Assembly (NCBI GenBank): GCA_945877365.1
Contig: CAMCRV010000003.1
Coordinates: 35,901-99,900 of the forward strand
Direction of reading: 5' to 3'
DNA from: an uncultured Clostridia bacterium
GTDB taxonomy: Bacteria > Bacillota > Clostridia > Oscillospirales > Oscillospiraceae
DNA: 64,000 nucleotides
In this document: positions 37,299 through 46,690 of the stretch, in pieces
Position numbering within the stretch: the first letter of the stretch is position 1
Layout: the number at the start of each line of letters is the position of its first letter
Position numbers and translations under genes: made by a program
Notes under the pieces: generated by a model
Databases searched by the model: none
Told to the model about the DNA's origin: nothing
The model's input: only the letters and a program-made list of their open reading frames with translations

Positions 37299-37660
37299 TG
37301 AAACGCATCCTCCCAGTGAATGATTTTGGGGCTTACGGTGGCGGTGCCCTGCGGCGCATAGATTTCCACCACATCAAATCTCGGCTGAAGTCCGGTGGGG
37401 TTCTGACTTAAATACAGGGAGGCCGTCAACCGCAGCCGTTCCTGTTTCCGCCCGTCCACAAACTCCCTTGCCTGGGCAAAGGCTTCGCCTTTGCGGAGCT
37501 TCACCTCCACAAAAACCAGAAACTGCTGATTCTGAACAATCAGGTCGATTTCTCCGAACCGGCACCGATACCCGGCAGCCACCAGCGTGTAATGCTTCTT
37601 TTTCAGATATTGGGCAGCAACCGCCTCTCCCCAGGCACCGGAAAGGTTATTTCTCCCCAT
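37295..37660 (-). CDS. YraN family (UPF0102) endonuclease-like protein
   Basis: GEAVAAQYLKKKHYTLVAAGYRCRFGEIDLI...FVEVK. Confidence 0.8.
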   Translation of the reverse strand: MGRNNLSGAWGEAVAAQYLKKKHYTLVAAGYRCRFGEIDLIVQNQQFLVFVEVKLRKGEAFAQAREFVDGRKQERLRLTASLYLSQNPTGLQPRFDVVEIYAPQGTATVSPKIIHWEDAFQ

Positions 37661-38261
37661 AGAACTTTTTCAGAAAGCTCCGGCGGTGGACAGGCGATGC
37701 ACCATGCTCCGTCAAGGCGGCATAGTGCGCTTTGGTGCCATAGCCCTTATGGATCTCAAAGCCATACTCCGGGTACTGCTCCGACAGCTGAATCATAATA
37801 TTATCCCGGGTGACCTTGGCAAGGATGGACGCCGCCGCAATATTGGCGCTGAGGCTGTCACCCTTCACCACCGTTTTCACCGGCAGGCCAAAATCGGTTT
37901 CCCGGTTTCCGTCGATCAGCGCCAAGTCCGGCCTGACGGAAAGCTGATCCAGCGCACGCCGCATGGCAAGGAAAGTTGCCTGAAGAATATTGATCTCATC
38001 AATTTCCTGTTCCGATGCAAGGCCGATCCCATAGGCAACGGCCTGCTCCTGAATCACAGGAAACAGCTCCCGGCGTTTTTTATCCGTCAGCTTTTTGCTG
38101 TCCGTCAGGCCGGGGATCTGTAAATCTCTGGGCAAAATCACCGCAGCCGCACACACAGGCCCGGCAAGAGGTCCACGGCCTGCCTCATCCACGCCGCAGA
38201 TCAGCTGCACAGTCTCCGAATACAGGCTGTTCTCGATTTCCCACATGGTAATGTCGCTCAT
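37647..38261 (-). CDS. rnhB: Ribonuclease HII
   Basis: GVDEAGRGPLAGPV, DSKKL, KGDS...IAAASILAK. Confidence 0.9.
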   Translation of the reverse strand: MSDITMWEIENSLYSETVQLICGVDEAGRGPLAGPVCAAAVILPRDLQIPGLTDSKKLTDKKRRELFPVIQEQAVAYGIGLASEQEIDEINILQATFLAMRRALDQLSVRPDLALIDGNRETDFGLPVKTVVKGDSLSANIAAASILAKVTRDNIMIQLSEQYPEYGFEIHKGYGTKAHYAALTEHGASPVHRRSFLKKFYGEK

Positions 38262-39130
38262 TTCAGCTCCTCCGGCATCTCCAAAGTAAACTTCCCCAGC
38301 TTTCCGCTGCGGAATTCATCTACTAGAACCTTGGCCATTCTCTCCGTGTGAATCTCGCCGCCGGAAAGCAGGTAGCCCCGGTTTTTTCCGGCCATTTCCA
38401 GCAGCTCCCAGCCCTTTGTCCCCACAGGCGCCTCGATTTTATAGCGGTCAAGCAGAGCCTGTGGGTAGTAGCGGTGCAACAGCTCCATCAGGTGGCAGGC
38501 CAGCTCTTCCAGATCGATGACCCCCTCCTTCACCGCGCCGGTGAAGGCCAGCATCATCCCCACTTCCCTGTCCTCAAATTTGGGCCAGAGAATACCGGGG
38601 GTATCCAGAAGCAGCAGACCGCTGTCCACCGTAACCCACTGCTTGCCACGGGTGACACCGGGGCGGTTCTCTGCCTTCGCACCCTTCCGGCCGGAAATCT
38701 GGTTGATCAGGGTGGATTTTCCCACATTGGGGATTCCCACCACCATCACGCGCAGGGGGCGGTTCATGCCCCGGGCAGCATCCCGCTGGAGCTTCTCCGC
38801 GCAGGCTGCCCGGGCAGCAGGGGTAAAATCCGCAATTCCCCGGCGGGTTTTGCAGTCTGTGGCAATCACAGCCATACCCTTGCTTCGAAAATAAGCTGCC
38901 CACTTCTGTGTGGCATCGGGGTCTGCCAGATCCATCCGGTTCAGTACGAGGATTCTCGGCTTGCTGCCGCAGATGGAATCGATGTCCGGATTCCTGCTGG
39001 ATATGGGAATTCTGGCGTCCACAATTTCACAGACGGCATCCACCTGCTTCAGATCTGCTTCCATCTGCCGTCTGGTCTTGGTCATGTGGCCGGGATACCA
39101 TTGGATATTCATCTTTTCAGGCTCTGTCAT
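38258..39130 (-). CDS. rbgA: Ribosome biogenesis GTPase YlqF/RbgA
   Basis: Circularly permuted GTPase: WYPGHM, NRMDLAD, GIPNVGKST. Confidence 0.9.
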   Translation of the reverse strand: MTEPEKMNIQWYPGHMTKTRRQMEADLKQVDAVCEIVDARIPISSRNPDIDSICGSKPRILVLNRMDLADPDATQKWAAYFRSKGMAVIATDCKTRRGIADFTPAARAACAEKLQRDAARGMNRPLRVMVVGIPNVGKSTLINQISGRKGAKAENRPGVTRGKQWVTVDSGLLLLDTPGILWPKFEDREVGMMLAFTGAVKEGVIDLEELACHLMELLHRYYPQALLDRYKIEAPVGTKGWELLEMAGKNRGYLLSGGEIHTERMAKVLVDEFRSGKLGKFTLEMPEELK

Positions 39131-39726
39131 GCAATCCCTCCTATCCTGCTGTAATCCGGAGAAAGCGCCCCCGGATCTGTACCGGGCAGCATCAGGAAAA
39201 GAGCCTTACCCAGCAGCTCTCGTTCATCCACCATACCGATCTGGGTGCTTCTGCTGTCCAGAGAGCCGTTTCGATTATCTCCCATCAAAAACACACAGCC
39301 GTCTTCCACAATCAGAGGAAACTGCATACCCTCCTCCACATTGGTGGGCGTGTAAGTGTAGTCCTCCTGCAGGGCAACGCCATCCACATAGACAACACCC
39401 TGGGCAAAGTCGATGTCAACCATCTGGCCCTCCGTGGCAATTACCCGCTTGATAATGGGCTTTCCGTCATCAAAGGATTCCTTGCTTGCCACAACAATAT
39501 CGCCATACTGGGGATTGTGGTAAAACACATTGCTCAGCAGCAGAATGTAGTCTCCATCCAGCAGGGTATCGTACATGGAAGGGCCTGAGACTACAATGAT
39601 CCGAAAGGCAACCAAAAAAACCGCAATCATAAACAGCATCATATGCAAAAGATCATGCAGATACAGAACCACATTCTGTTTCCAGTTCAGTTTGGGATCA
39701 TCTTCCTTTTTCTGTGTCTTTTTCAT
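39127..39726 (-). CDS. lepB: Signal peptidase I
   Basis: VSGPSMYDTL and GDNRNGSLDSR motifs. Start trimmed to MKKTQKK behind GGAGGA. Confidence 0.85.
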   Translation of the reverse strand: MKKTQKKEDDPKLNWKQNVVLYLHDLLHMMLFMIAVFLVAFRIIVVSGPSMYDTLLDGDYILLLSNVFYHNPQYGDIVVASKESFDDGKPIIKRVIATEGQMVDIDFAQGVVYVDGVALQEDYTYTPTNVEEGMQFPLIVEDGCVFLMGDNRNGSLDSRSTQIGMVDERELLGKALFLMLPGTDPGALSPDYSRIGGIA

Positions 39727-39827
39727 TGTCCATCCTCCTGGCGCATTCAAAACTCTTCCGCGCGCATTATTTTGTAAGTATACCACATTTTCCCATTGTT
39801 TTCTATAACAATATGTAAATTCCCCAA

Positions 39828-39857
39828 TAAAAAAAGAGGGCAGCGCCCTCTTTTTTT
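39828..39857 (-). terminator. Hairpin terminator after rplS
   Basis: GAGGGC/GCCCTC stem flanked by A8 and T7 runs. Confidence 0.65.
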
Positions 39858-39870
39858 ATGAACTTGAAAA

Positions 39871-40212
39871 TTAGACCTTCTCCTTGATCTTGGCTGCCTT
39901 GCCCATGCGGTCACGCAGGTAGTACAGCTTTGCACGACGAACCTGACCCTGACGGACAGTCTCGATCATGGCAACATTGGGAGAATGCAGGGGGAAAACC
40001 TTCTCGCATCCCACGCCGTAGGAGATACGACGCACAGTGATGGTCTCGCCGATGCCGCCGTTCTTGCGGGCAATGACGGTACCTTCAAATACCTGGATAC
40101 GCTCACGGGAGCCTTCCTTGATGCGAACATGCACACGAACGGTATCGCCCACCCGAACTTCGGGCAGCTGCTCCTTCATGTACTGGCTGTTGAGAGCCTT
40201 TACCAAATCCAT
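39871..40212 (-). CDS. rplS: 50S ribosomal protein L19
   Basis: 113 aa, [28 protein letters not shown]...HSPNV. Confidence 0.95.
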   Translation of the reverse strand: MDLVKALNSQYMKEQLPEVRVGDTVRVHVRIKEGSRERIQVFEGTVIARKNGGIGETITVRRISYGVGCEKVFPLHSPNVAMIETVRQGQVRRAKLYYLRDRMGKAAKIKEKV

Positions 40213-40289
40213 AAAAATGTCCTCCTTAAATATTAGGCGTTCATGCGCGCAGATGCCGCAGAGGACTCACCTTGATTTCAGACCGGGAT

Positions 40290-40318
40290 ATTTTAGCATA
40301 CCGCAGCAGAAAAATCAA
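40290..40318 (-). promoter_or_regulatory. Candidate sigma-A promoter of rplS
   Basis: On the minus strand: TTGATT, 17-nt spacer, TAAAAT. Leaves a leader of about 70 nt. Confidence 0.55.
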
Positions 40319-40346
40319 GCAGTATTTTCTGTTTTATACTACTTTT

Positions 40347-41735
40347 TTACAGGTTATGCAGTCTAACTGTCCCGAGCGGATTCCAGCGGCCACTTCTATA
40401 GTAAATTGTAAACAGTGCGCAAACCGCCAGGTTATGGGCAATCATGCACCCCCATGCCGCAACCAGTCCAAGTCCCAGAAAATGAATACACACAAAGGTC
40501 CCCAGAATACGGATTCCCCACATCCCCAGCAGATTGTTGATAAAGGGCAGCATGGTCTTTCCCATTCCCTGAAGCATACCTTCCATAATAATGGAGATGC
40601 CATAAAACGGTTCCGACAGTGCCACCATGCGAAGCACCGTTGCTCCCAGGGATATCACCTGGGGATCTTTGGAAAACAGGCGCATCATATCCGGGGCAAA
40701 CCAGAACAGCAGTCCGCCGGACAAGAGCATCAGAGAAACCTCCACAGCCAGGATCATCCGACCCAGATCCCGGATGCGTCGTTCATCCCCGGCGCCCAGA
40801 GCATTTCCTGCCAGAGTTGCCGCAGCCGTCTGCATCCCGTAGCCGGGAATGTAAAACGCCGACTCCACAGTGTTGGCAATGGTATGAGCTGCTGTGGAGA
40901 TATCCCCCAGAGAATTGATCATGGCCGCAAAGGCTACATACCCGAGGGAGGTACCAAAACGCTGCAGCGCATTGGGAACCGCTACCTTCAGGCACGGGCG
41001 CAGAATCTGCCAGTCCGGGCGAAAACACAGCTTCCCGGGAGATAGCATGGGATTTCTCCACAGGCACACGGTAATCACGCATCCTCCGGCAAGGAAGGCA
41101 ATGGCACTTGCCAGCGCTGCGCCTATCACCCCCATATCCGTGCCGGGAATCCGGATGCCGAAGGCAATTCTGGTGGGATAGATCAGAAAGAAATTCAGCA
41201 CCACATTGATTCCGTTCATCAGGAAACCCACAAGCATAGGAGTCTTGGTATCCCCCACCGCCCGAAGCAGCGTCCCAAAAACAATAGATGCCGTCCGGAA
41301 AAGCATAGGGGTATAAAGAATGAAGAAATAGGCCGCCGCCAATGTGCGGATGGACGGATCCACCTGCATCCACACCGGGACATAACGGCTGACGCAGAGG
41401 GTCAGCCCTGTGACAAGCACCCCCACCACTACCGCCGTCAAAACAGCCTGAGCGGACGCTTTTTTTACCCGGGTTTTGTCCCCGGAGCCACAGGCTTGGG
41501 AAATATAGGCCAGAAATCCCACACTGACGGCGGAAATTGTGCTGTTCACCAGCCAGTTTACCGTGCTGGTGGCTCCCACCGCTGCAGTCGCCTGTGTGCC
41601 CAGTGAGCCAACCATGGCAGTGTCAATATATTGCACCGCTGTCTGCATCATCTGCTCCAGCATGGTAGGCCATGCCAGCACGAGAATCCGCGGCAGCATA
41701 TGCCAGGGAAGCCTTTGTTTCGATATACGAATCAT
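40347..41735 (-). CDS. MATE family efflux transporter (paralog 3 of 4)
   Basis: 462-aa polytopic protein, ILVLAWPTMLEQMMQTAVQYIDTAMVG. Confidence 0.85.
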   Translation of the reverse strand: MIRISKQRLPWHMLPRILVLAWPTMLEQMMQTAVQYIDTAMVGSLGTQATAAVGATSTVNWLVNSTISAVSVGFLAYISQACGSGDKTRVKKASAQAVLTAVVVGVLVTGLTLCVSRYVPVWMQVDPSIRTLAAAYFFILYTPMLFRTASIVFGTLLRAVGDTKTPMLVGFLMNGINVVLNFFLIYPTRIAFGIRIPGTDMGVIGAALASAIAFLAGGCVITVCLWRNPMLSPGKLCFRPDWQILRPCLKVAVPNALQRFGTSLGYVAFAAMINSLGDISTAAHTIANTVESAFYIPGYGMQTAAATLAGNALGAGDERRIRDLGRMILAVEVSLMLLSGGLLFWFAPDMMRLFSKDPQVISLGATVLRMVALSEPFYGISIIMEGMLQGMGKTMLPFINNLLGMWGIRILGTFVCIHFLGLGLVAAWGCMIAHNLAVCALFTIYYRSGRWNPLGTVRLHNL

Positions 41736-41869
41736 TGATAACCTCGTTCTTTTTATCGAATCGCACAGGACTGTGCTATATATAATGTCAACAATCAGTT
41801 GCTTCCTGCATTATTTGCAAAATAATGCAGGATTCCCCAGCTTGCAGCAGAGCACAACCGGGGAACTGA

Positions 41870-42325
41870 TCAATTCTCTAATGTCAGAGCGAACTCCAGT
41901 TCATCCTCGTCTGAATTTCCCGTTTCCGTGAAGCCGAACTGACGGTACAGCCGCAGTGCGGATTCGTTATCCCGGTTGCAGGTCAGCACCACCCGGTTGG
42001 AATTTCCAAAGGGCCGGGTACGAATATAGGCAAGGCACTGCTCCATTGCCAGCTTTCCGTATCCCCTGCCCTGAAATTTGCAGTCAATCATCATATGCCA
42101 GATGTTGTACTCCTGCAAATCATAGTCGTAAATCACCATGACATAGCCCACCATGGTATCCCCGTCATAAATGCCGAAGGGGGTACACTGATGGTAGTAC
42201 ACATAGGCCTGAGCCAGACTGCGGATAGGATGGGAAACAAACCTTTCCTGCCCCTCCCCCAATTCCAAATGGAAGGCATCCAGAAAATTACTCTCATCAA
42301 TTTTCGCAAGTGTTACTTTGTTCAT
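41870..42325 (-). CDS. GNAT family N-acetyltransferase
   Basis: QGRGYGKLAM acetyl-CoA motif. Start trimmed to MNKVTL behind GAGAGGAAA. Confidence 0.75.
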   Translation of the reverse strand: MNKVTLAKIDESNFLDAFHLELGEGQERFVSHPIRSLAQAYVYYHQCTPFGIYDGDTMVGYVMVIYDYDLQEYNIWHMMIDCKFQGRGYGKLAMEQCLAYIRTRPFGNSNRVVLTCNRDNESALRLYRQFGFTETGNSDEDELEFALTLEN

Positions 42326-42347
42326 GACATTTCCTCTCATTTTTGTC

Positions 42348-43559
42348 TTACAGATGTTTCTTCTCGAATACGCCGCAGAGCCTTTCGCACAGAGCATCCC
42401 AGCTCATTCGATGGACTGCTTCGGCATCCGGCAGCTTTCGGGAAGTTGCCTCTTCCATAGCAGCGGCAAGCCGTTTTTCAAAATCAGGCAAATCCTCTTC
42501 CATGGGCTCGTCCTCATTCCGGATTCTGGGCGGACGAACAAAAACTGCGCCGCTTTGTGGAATTTCCGCCTCCAGCCAAGGTTGAATTCCCGGAAGGTCA
42601 GTACACACCACACGAAGACCGCAGGCCATTGCCTCAATCAGAACCAGCGGAAGGCCTTCAAAGAAGGATGGCAGCACAAACACATCGCACTGGTTCATAC
42701 GCTCCGCCAGCTCCTTCTGGCTCAGTTTCCCCAAAAGCCGAACCTGACAGGGCGCCTCCTGCGCCATATGGCGGAGGTTTTCATATTCGGCCGGGTTGCC
42801 GCAGCCACCGGCGAGCCAGAGTTCCACGCCATCCGGATTCTTCAGGTAATTCAAGGAACGGAGCAGGCTGAAAACTCCCTTCTTCTGCGACAGCTTCCCG
42901 GCAAAGATCAGGCGCAGTTTTCCGTCCATGCGGGAGGTGTGCAGCTGGGTGCTGCGGTAAAAAACATCGCTGTTATACCCTGTTCCCACAACGCTTACCC
43001 GATCCTCAGGAACACCGAACAGGGTACAGATCGTCTGTTTCTGAACCGCATGGAGGGCAAAAATCCCATCCAGCTTCTGAATCTGGGAGATGATCCAATC
43101 CCTTTTCCACGGATTTCCAGCCAGCTGCCGCAGGTCAGAGCCATGGCACTGCCCATAGACCGGGATTCCGGGGCAAAGCTCCCGCACCAGAGAAGCCGCA
43201 AAATACAGGTGGTGGCACACAATGACATCCGGCCGGAAGGCTTCCACAGTTTCCAAAATCCGTGCGCGAAATGCGTCCGTCAGCTGCTGCGTCATCCCTT
43301 CGGTCAGATCCCGATATCGGGTGCTCCTGTAGGGCATCTCGTCTGACATTCCACAGACCGGAAACGGCAGTTCCCGGCTCTCGTAAAACACCGGAAAAAC
43401 CCTGACCCCCTCCGGCAGGCAAACCGGCTCTCCTTCCACGGTTCCGCAAATCACAGCCTGTTCCCAGCCCATTTTCTGAAAGCCCCGGACAAGCTCCGTA
43501 AGAAACACGCCGCTTCCTGTGCTGTCTGCCTTCTGAGCTGTCACACTTAAAATTCTCAT
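42348..43559 (-). CDS. Glycosyltransferase family 4 (GT-B fold)
   Basis: MRILSVTAQK...GSGVF N-terminus and C-terminal FVLPSFFEGLPLVLIEAMACG (EX7E-type motif). Confidence 0.75.
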   Translation of the reverse strand: MRILSVTAQKADSTGSGVFLTELVRGFQKMGWEQAVICGTVEGEPVCLPEGVRVFPVFYESRELPFPVCGMSDEMPYRSTRYRDLTEGMTQQLTDAFRARILETVEAFRPDVIVCHHLYFAASLVRELCPGIPVYGQCHGSDLRQLAGNPWKRDWIISQIQKLDGIFALHAVQKQTICTLFGVPEDRVSVVGTGYNSDVFYRSTQLHTSRMDGKLRLIFAGKLSQKKGVFSLLRSLNYLKNPDGVELWLAGGCGNPAEYENLRHMAQEAPCQVRLLGKLSQKELAERMNQCDVFVLPSFFEGLPLVLIEAMACGLRVVCTDLPGIQPWLEAEIPQSGAVFVRPPRIRNEDEPMEEDLPDFEKRLAAAMEEATSRKLPDAEAVHRMSWDALCERLCGVFEKKHL

Positions 43560-43672
43560 TGTCCGCTCCTGTAGTTTTTTCGATATCATAGCATTACTCA
43601 GTGGGAAAGGCAATGGTATTTCAATAAATAGGCGTCTTTTATTTGAATTTTCAATGAGTTTTGGGAAGACAA

Positions 43673-44140
43673 TCAGGTTCGCAGAGTTGCCCGGAGACGG
43701 TTAGGCTTGCATAAAAGATCCAGCGCATCTTCAATGGAGGTCACCACCACATCTGACCGGGACAGCAGTGCACCGCAACAGCCTTCCTTCCCCATTACGC
43801 AGATAGACAGATCACTTTCCTCCGCCATGAGAATATCGTTGTATCCATTTCCGATGCACACAACGCCGCCTTTTCGTTTGCAAACCTCCTGCGCTTTGAT
43901 TTTGCCCACCTCCGCGGTGGGATAGGTCAGAACCTCCAACGGCAGACCCTCACACTCCCGGGCGGCGGTTCCATGGGTATCCGCAGTGATGACGCAGATG
44001 GAAAGCTCCCTGCTGAGCATCTCCAGACGGGGACGAATGGCGTCAATCACTTTTCCATCCAGTGCTATGGTTCCGTTGTAATCCAGAATCAGGTGGGACA
44101 GGCAAAGCTCCTCTCTGCCGGGAATCTGTATCTTCAGCAT
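43673..44140 (-). CDS. Small HAD-superfamily protein (COG4087, soluble P-type-ATPase-like)
   Basis: LILDYNGT (DxxGT-like) and GNGYNDILM motifs. 155 aa. Confidence 0.6.
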   Translation of the reverse strand: MLKIQIPGREELCLSHLILDYNGTIALDGKVIDAIRPRLEMLSRELSICVITADTHGTAARECEGLPLEVLTYPTAEVGKIKAQEVCKRKGGVVCIGNGYNDILMAEESDLSICVMGKEGCCGALLSRSDVVVTSIEDALDLLCKPNRLRATLRT

Positions 44141-44148
44141 AATTCCTC

Positions 44149-44901
44149 CTAGGCATACACGCCTGCCAGATAATCTCTGGTTTCCTGACGGCTGGGAGCC
44201 TCAAACAGCTCCCGGGTATTCCCCTGCTCCCAAAGCTGGCCATTCAGCAGGAAGATGCAGTCATCTGCAATCCGCCGAGCCTGAAACAGGTTGTGGGTTA
44301 CAATTACAATGGTGTAGCGCTGCTTCAGCTGAACCAGCAAATCCTCTATGATCTGGGTGCTTTTCACATCCAGCGCAGAGCACGGCTCATCCAGCAGCAG
44401 AATCTCCGGCTGGGCTGTCAGCGCCCGGGCGATGCACAGCCGCTGCTGCTGACCCCCGGAGAGCTTCAGCGCGCTCTTTCCCAGCTCCTCTTTTACTTCC
44501 TCATACAGACCGGTAATTTCCAGATTTTCCCGGACAATTCTATCCAGCTCCTGCTTTTTCCCGACACCATAGTACTGAGGTGCATAGGTCATGTTTTTAT
44601 AAATGGACATGGGAAAGGGTGCAGGCGTCTGAAACACCATGCCCACCCGGCGGCGAAGCTCCTCCACGGGCATCTTCCGGATATCCTGTCCATTCAGGAA
44701 AATGCTTCCCTTGCAGGATACGCCCCCTTCCTCCTCCAGCATCCGGTTAATGGACTTCAGCAAGGTGGACTTGCCGCAGCCGGAAGGGCCGATGATGGCC
44801 GTGATCCGGTTGGGACGGATGGCGGTGCTGATCTCATGGAGCACCTCTTTTTTCTCATAGGAAACGCTGAAATTCTCCAGCGTAAGGACGGCATCGTTCA
44901 T
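44149..44901 (-). CDS. pstB: Phosphate ABC transporter ATP-binding protein PstB
   Basis: GPSGCGKST, LSGGQQQRLCIARAL, LLLDEPCSALD. ATGA overlap with pstA. Trimmed from a 339-aa ORF. Confidence 0.9.
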   Translation of the reverse strand: MNDAVLTLENFSVSYEKKEVLHEISTAIRPNRITAIIGPSGCGKSTLLKSINRMLEEEGGVSCKGSIFLNGQDIRKMPVEELRRRVGMVFQTPAPFPMSIYKNMTYAPQYYGVGKKQELDRIVRENLEITGLYEEVKEELGKSALKLSGGQQQRLCIARALTAQPEILLLDEPCSALDVKSTQIIEDLLVQLKQRYTIVIVTHNLFQARRIADDCIFLLNGQLWEQGNTRELFEAPSRQETRDYLAGVYA

Positions 44902-45722
44902 TTCTTTCTCCTCCATGCAAACCAGGTCGCAGCCGTATTGGCAACCAGTACCACCAGCATCATGACAAATGCCGTACCATAGGCATTTACAGAGGAAGTG
45001 CCCTGGATCAGCAGCATATACAGGTGGTACGGCAGTGCCATTGCCGGTTTCATCACACTCTTGGGAACCTTGGACATGATCACCGCTCCGGTGAAGATCA
45101 GAGGCGCCGCCGCGCCCATGGCGTGACAGCCGCCCAGAATGACACCGGAAACCAGCTGCGGCAAGCACTGACCCAGCACCAGCTTGCGAATGGTGTAGGC
45201 TCGGGACACCCCCAGACTGTAGGAGGCGCGGATCAGCAGCGGATCCACCTCCCGAAGGGCCTTTTCAGCCCGTACCTGAATAAAGGGAAGAATCATAATT
45301 CCCTGCGTGATGCCTCCTGCCAGAATACATTTTCCCCAGCCCAGAGCCAGCACCAGCAGAGAATAGCCAAACAAACCCATCACGATGGAGGGCACACCGG
45401 CCATGCACTGCATCACCAGAGAAATGGCGGAGGAAATCCGGCTGCTCCTGCAATAGAAAACCTGATACACCGCCGTGGCGATACCCAAAACAGCGCCAAA
45501 TCCGCAGGCAATGGCCGTGTACCACGCGCTGCCCACAATGGCAGGGAGGATTCCTCCCTCCGTTCCGATCACCAGTCCTTTGGGTGCAGAGGTCAGAAAC
45601 TCCCATGTGATGGCCTCTGCCCCATTCCAAAAAACATAGGCAAAGAGGAAGAAAATAATCCCAAGGGTAAGGGCGCAGGCCGTTACCGCCCAGATCTTTA
45701 CCAGCAAAATCTTCGCTTTCAC
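44898..45722 (-). CDS. pstA: Phosphate ABC transporter permease PstA
   Basis: 274-aa permease, second permease of the operon. Confidence 0.85.
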   Translation of the reverse strand: MKAKILLVKIWAVTACALTLGIIFFLFAYVFWNGAEAITWEFLTSAPKGLVIGTEGGILPAIVGSAWYTAIACGFGAVLGIATAVYQVFYCRSSRISSAISLVMQCMAGVPSIVMGLFGYSLLVLALGWGKCILAGGITQGIMILPFIQVRAEKALREVDPLLIRASYSLGVSRAYTIRKLVLGQCLPQLVSGVILGGCHAMGAAAPLIFTGAVIMSKVPKSVMKPAMALPYHLYMLLIQGTSSVNAYGTAFVMMLVVLVANTAATWFAWRRKK

Positions 45723-46624
45723 AGGCTCCCCTCCCGGCTGAGTTTTTTCTTCAACAATTCAAAGATGATATTGATGGCAAACAGCAGCACCATCAGAAAA
45801 CAGCCTGCACTGTACAGAGCGCTGTAGTGGATGCTGCCCACCTCTGCCATTCCCATTTCCAGCGCGATCAGGCCGGAGATGGTCTCGCCCTTTCCCAGCA
45901 GCCTGGGCAGACCGATGGCGTTTCCCAGTACCATCATCACCGCCATGGTCTCGCCCATGGCCCGTCCGGTAGCCAGCGCCATGCTGATGAGAATTCCCTT
46001 TCGGGAGGCAGGCAGAACCAGCTCCCCGGCGGTATACCATTTGGATACACCCAGCGCGGCAGAGCTGCCGCCATAACGGGAATAGGCCTTGACCATGGTA
46101 TCGCAGCAGGAGGAAATCATATACGGAAGAATCATAACAGAAAGCACAATGCCGCCGGCAAGCACCGACTCCCCTGCTGCCCGGCCGCATTTTTCGATAA
46201 ATTTCACCACAAAATACAGTCCGATGAAGCCGAACACCACCGAGGGAATACTGGCCAGCAGATCAATGTAGGGCATAATCCACATTCTCTGCCGCTCTGT
46301 GGCAAAGCAGGCCAGAAACAGTGCACAGCCCACCCCGATGACAAGCGCAAAGGCAACCGCCAGCGCCGCTACATAGACCGTGGACAGAATCATATTCCGC
46401 ATACCGTAGCTGGGAGCGTCCTGATAGATAATCGGCCGCCACTGGCTGCCCAGCAGCAGCTCTCTAAGCCCTACCTCCCGGATGGCCGGCAGGCTCTCCC
46501 GGACAATAAAAAACACCAGAAAGGCCAGCAGCAGCACCGTCAGCAGAGCAAAAATGCCCATGATACCGCCGAAAAGCCGATCCTCCGTCTTTCGCACATC
46601 CATCCCCTCTTTCTTATCTTGCAT
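45719..46624 (-). CDS. pstC: Phosphate ABC transporter permease PstC
   Basis: 301-aa permease directly after pstS. Confidence 0.85.
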   Translation of the reverse strand: MQDKKEGMDVRKTEDRLFGGIMGIFALLTVLLLAFLVFFIVRESLPAIREVGLRELLLGSQWRPIIYQDAPSYGMRNMILSTVYVAALAVAFALVIGVGCALFLACFATERQRMWIMPYIDLLASIPSVVFGFIGLYFVVKFIEKCGRAAGESVLAGGIVLSVMILPYMISSCCDTMVKAYSRYGGSSAALGVSKWYTAGELVLPASRKGILISMALATGRAMGETMAVMMVLGNAIGLPRLLGKGETISGLIALEMGMAEVGSIHYSALYSAGCFLMVLLFAINIIFELLKKKLSREGSL

Positions 46625-46634
46625 ATTCTATAGA

Positions 46635-46673
46635 GTAGCAAAAGGCTGCCGCTTCGTCAAGATGCGGCAGCCT
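46635..46673 (-). terminator. Hairpin (attenuator or terminator) between pstS and pstC
   Basis: 10-bp stem AGGCTGCCGC/GCGGCAGCCT with an 11-nt loop. TTT follows on the minus strand. Confidence 0.5.
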
Positions 46674-46690
46674 CTCTTAAAAACCCAAAT

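Noticed and set aside
40213-40289. Possible L19 ribosomal-protein leader upstream of rplS.
   Set aside because: The leader has a plausible length, but I could not identify a convincing conserved hairpin by eye. This needs an Rfam scan (L19_leader).
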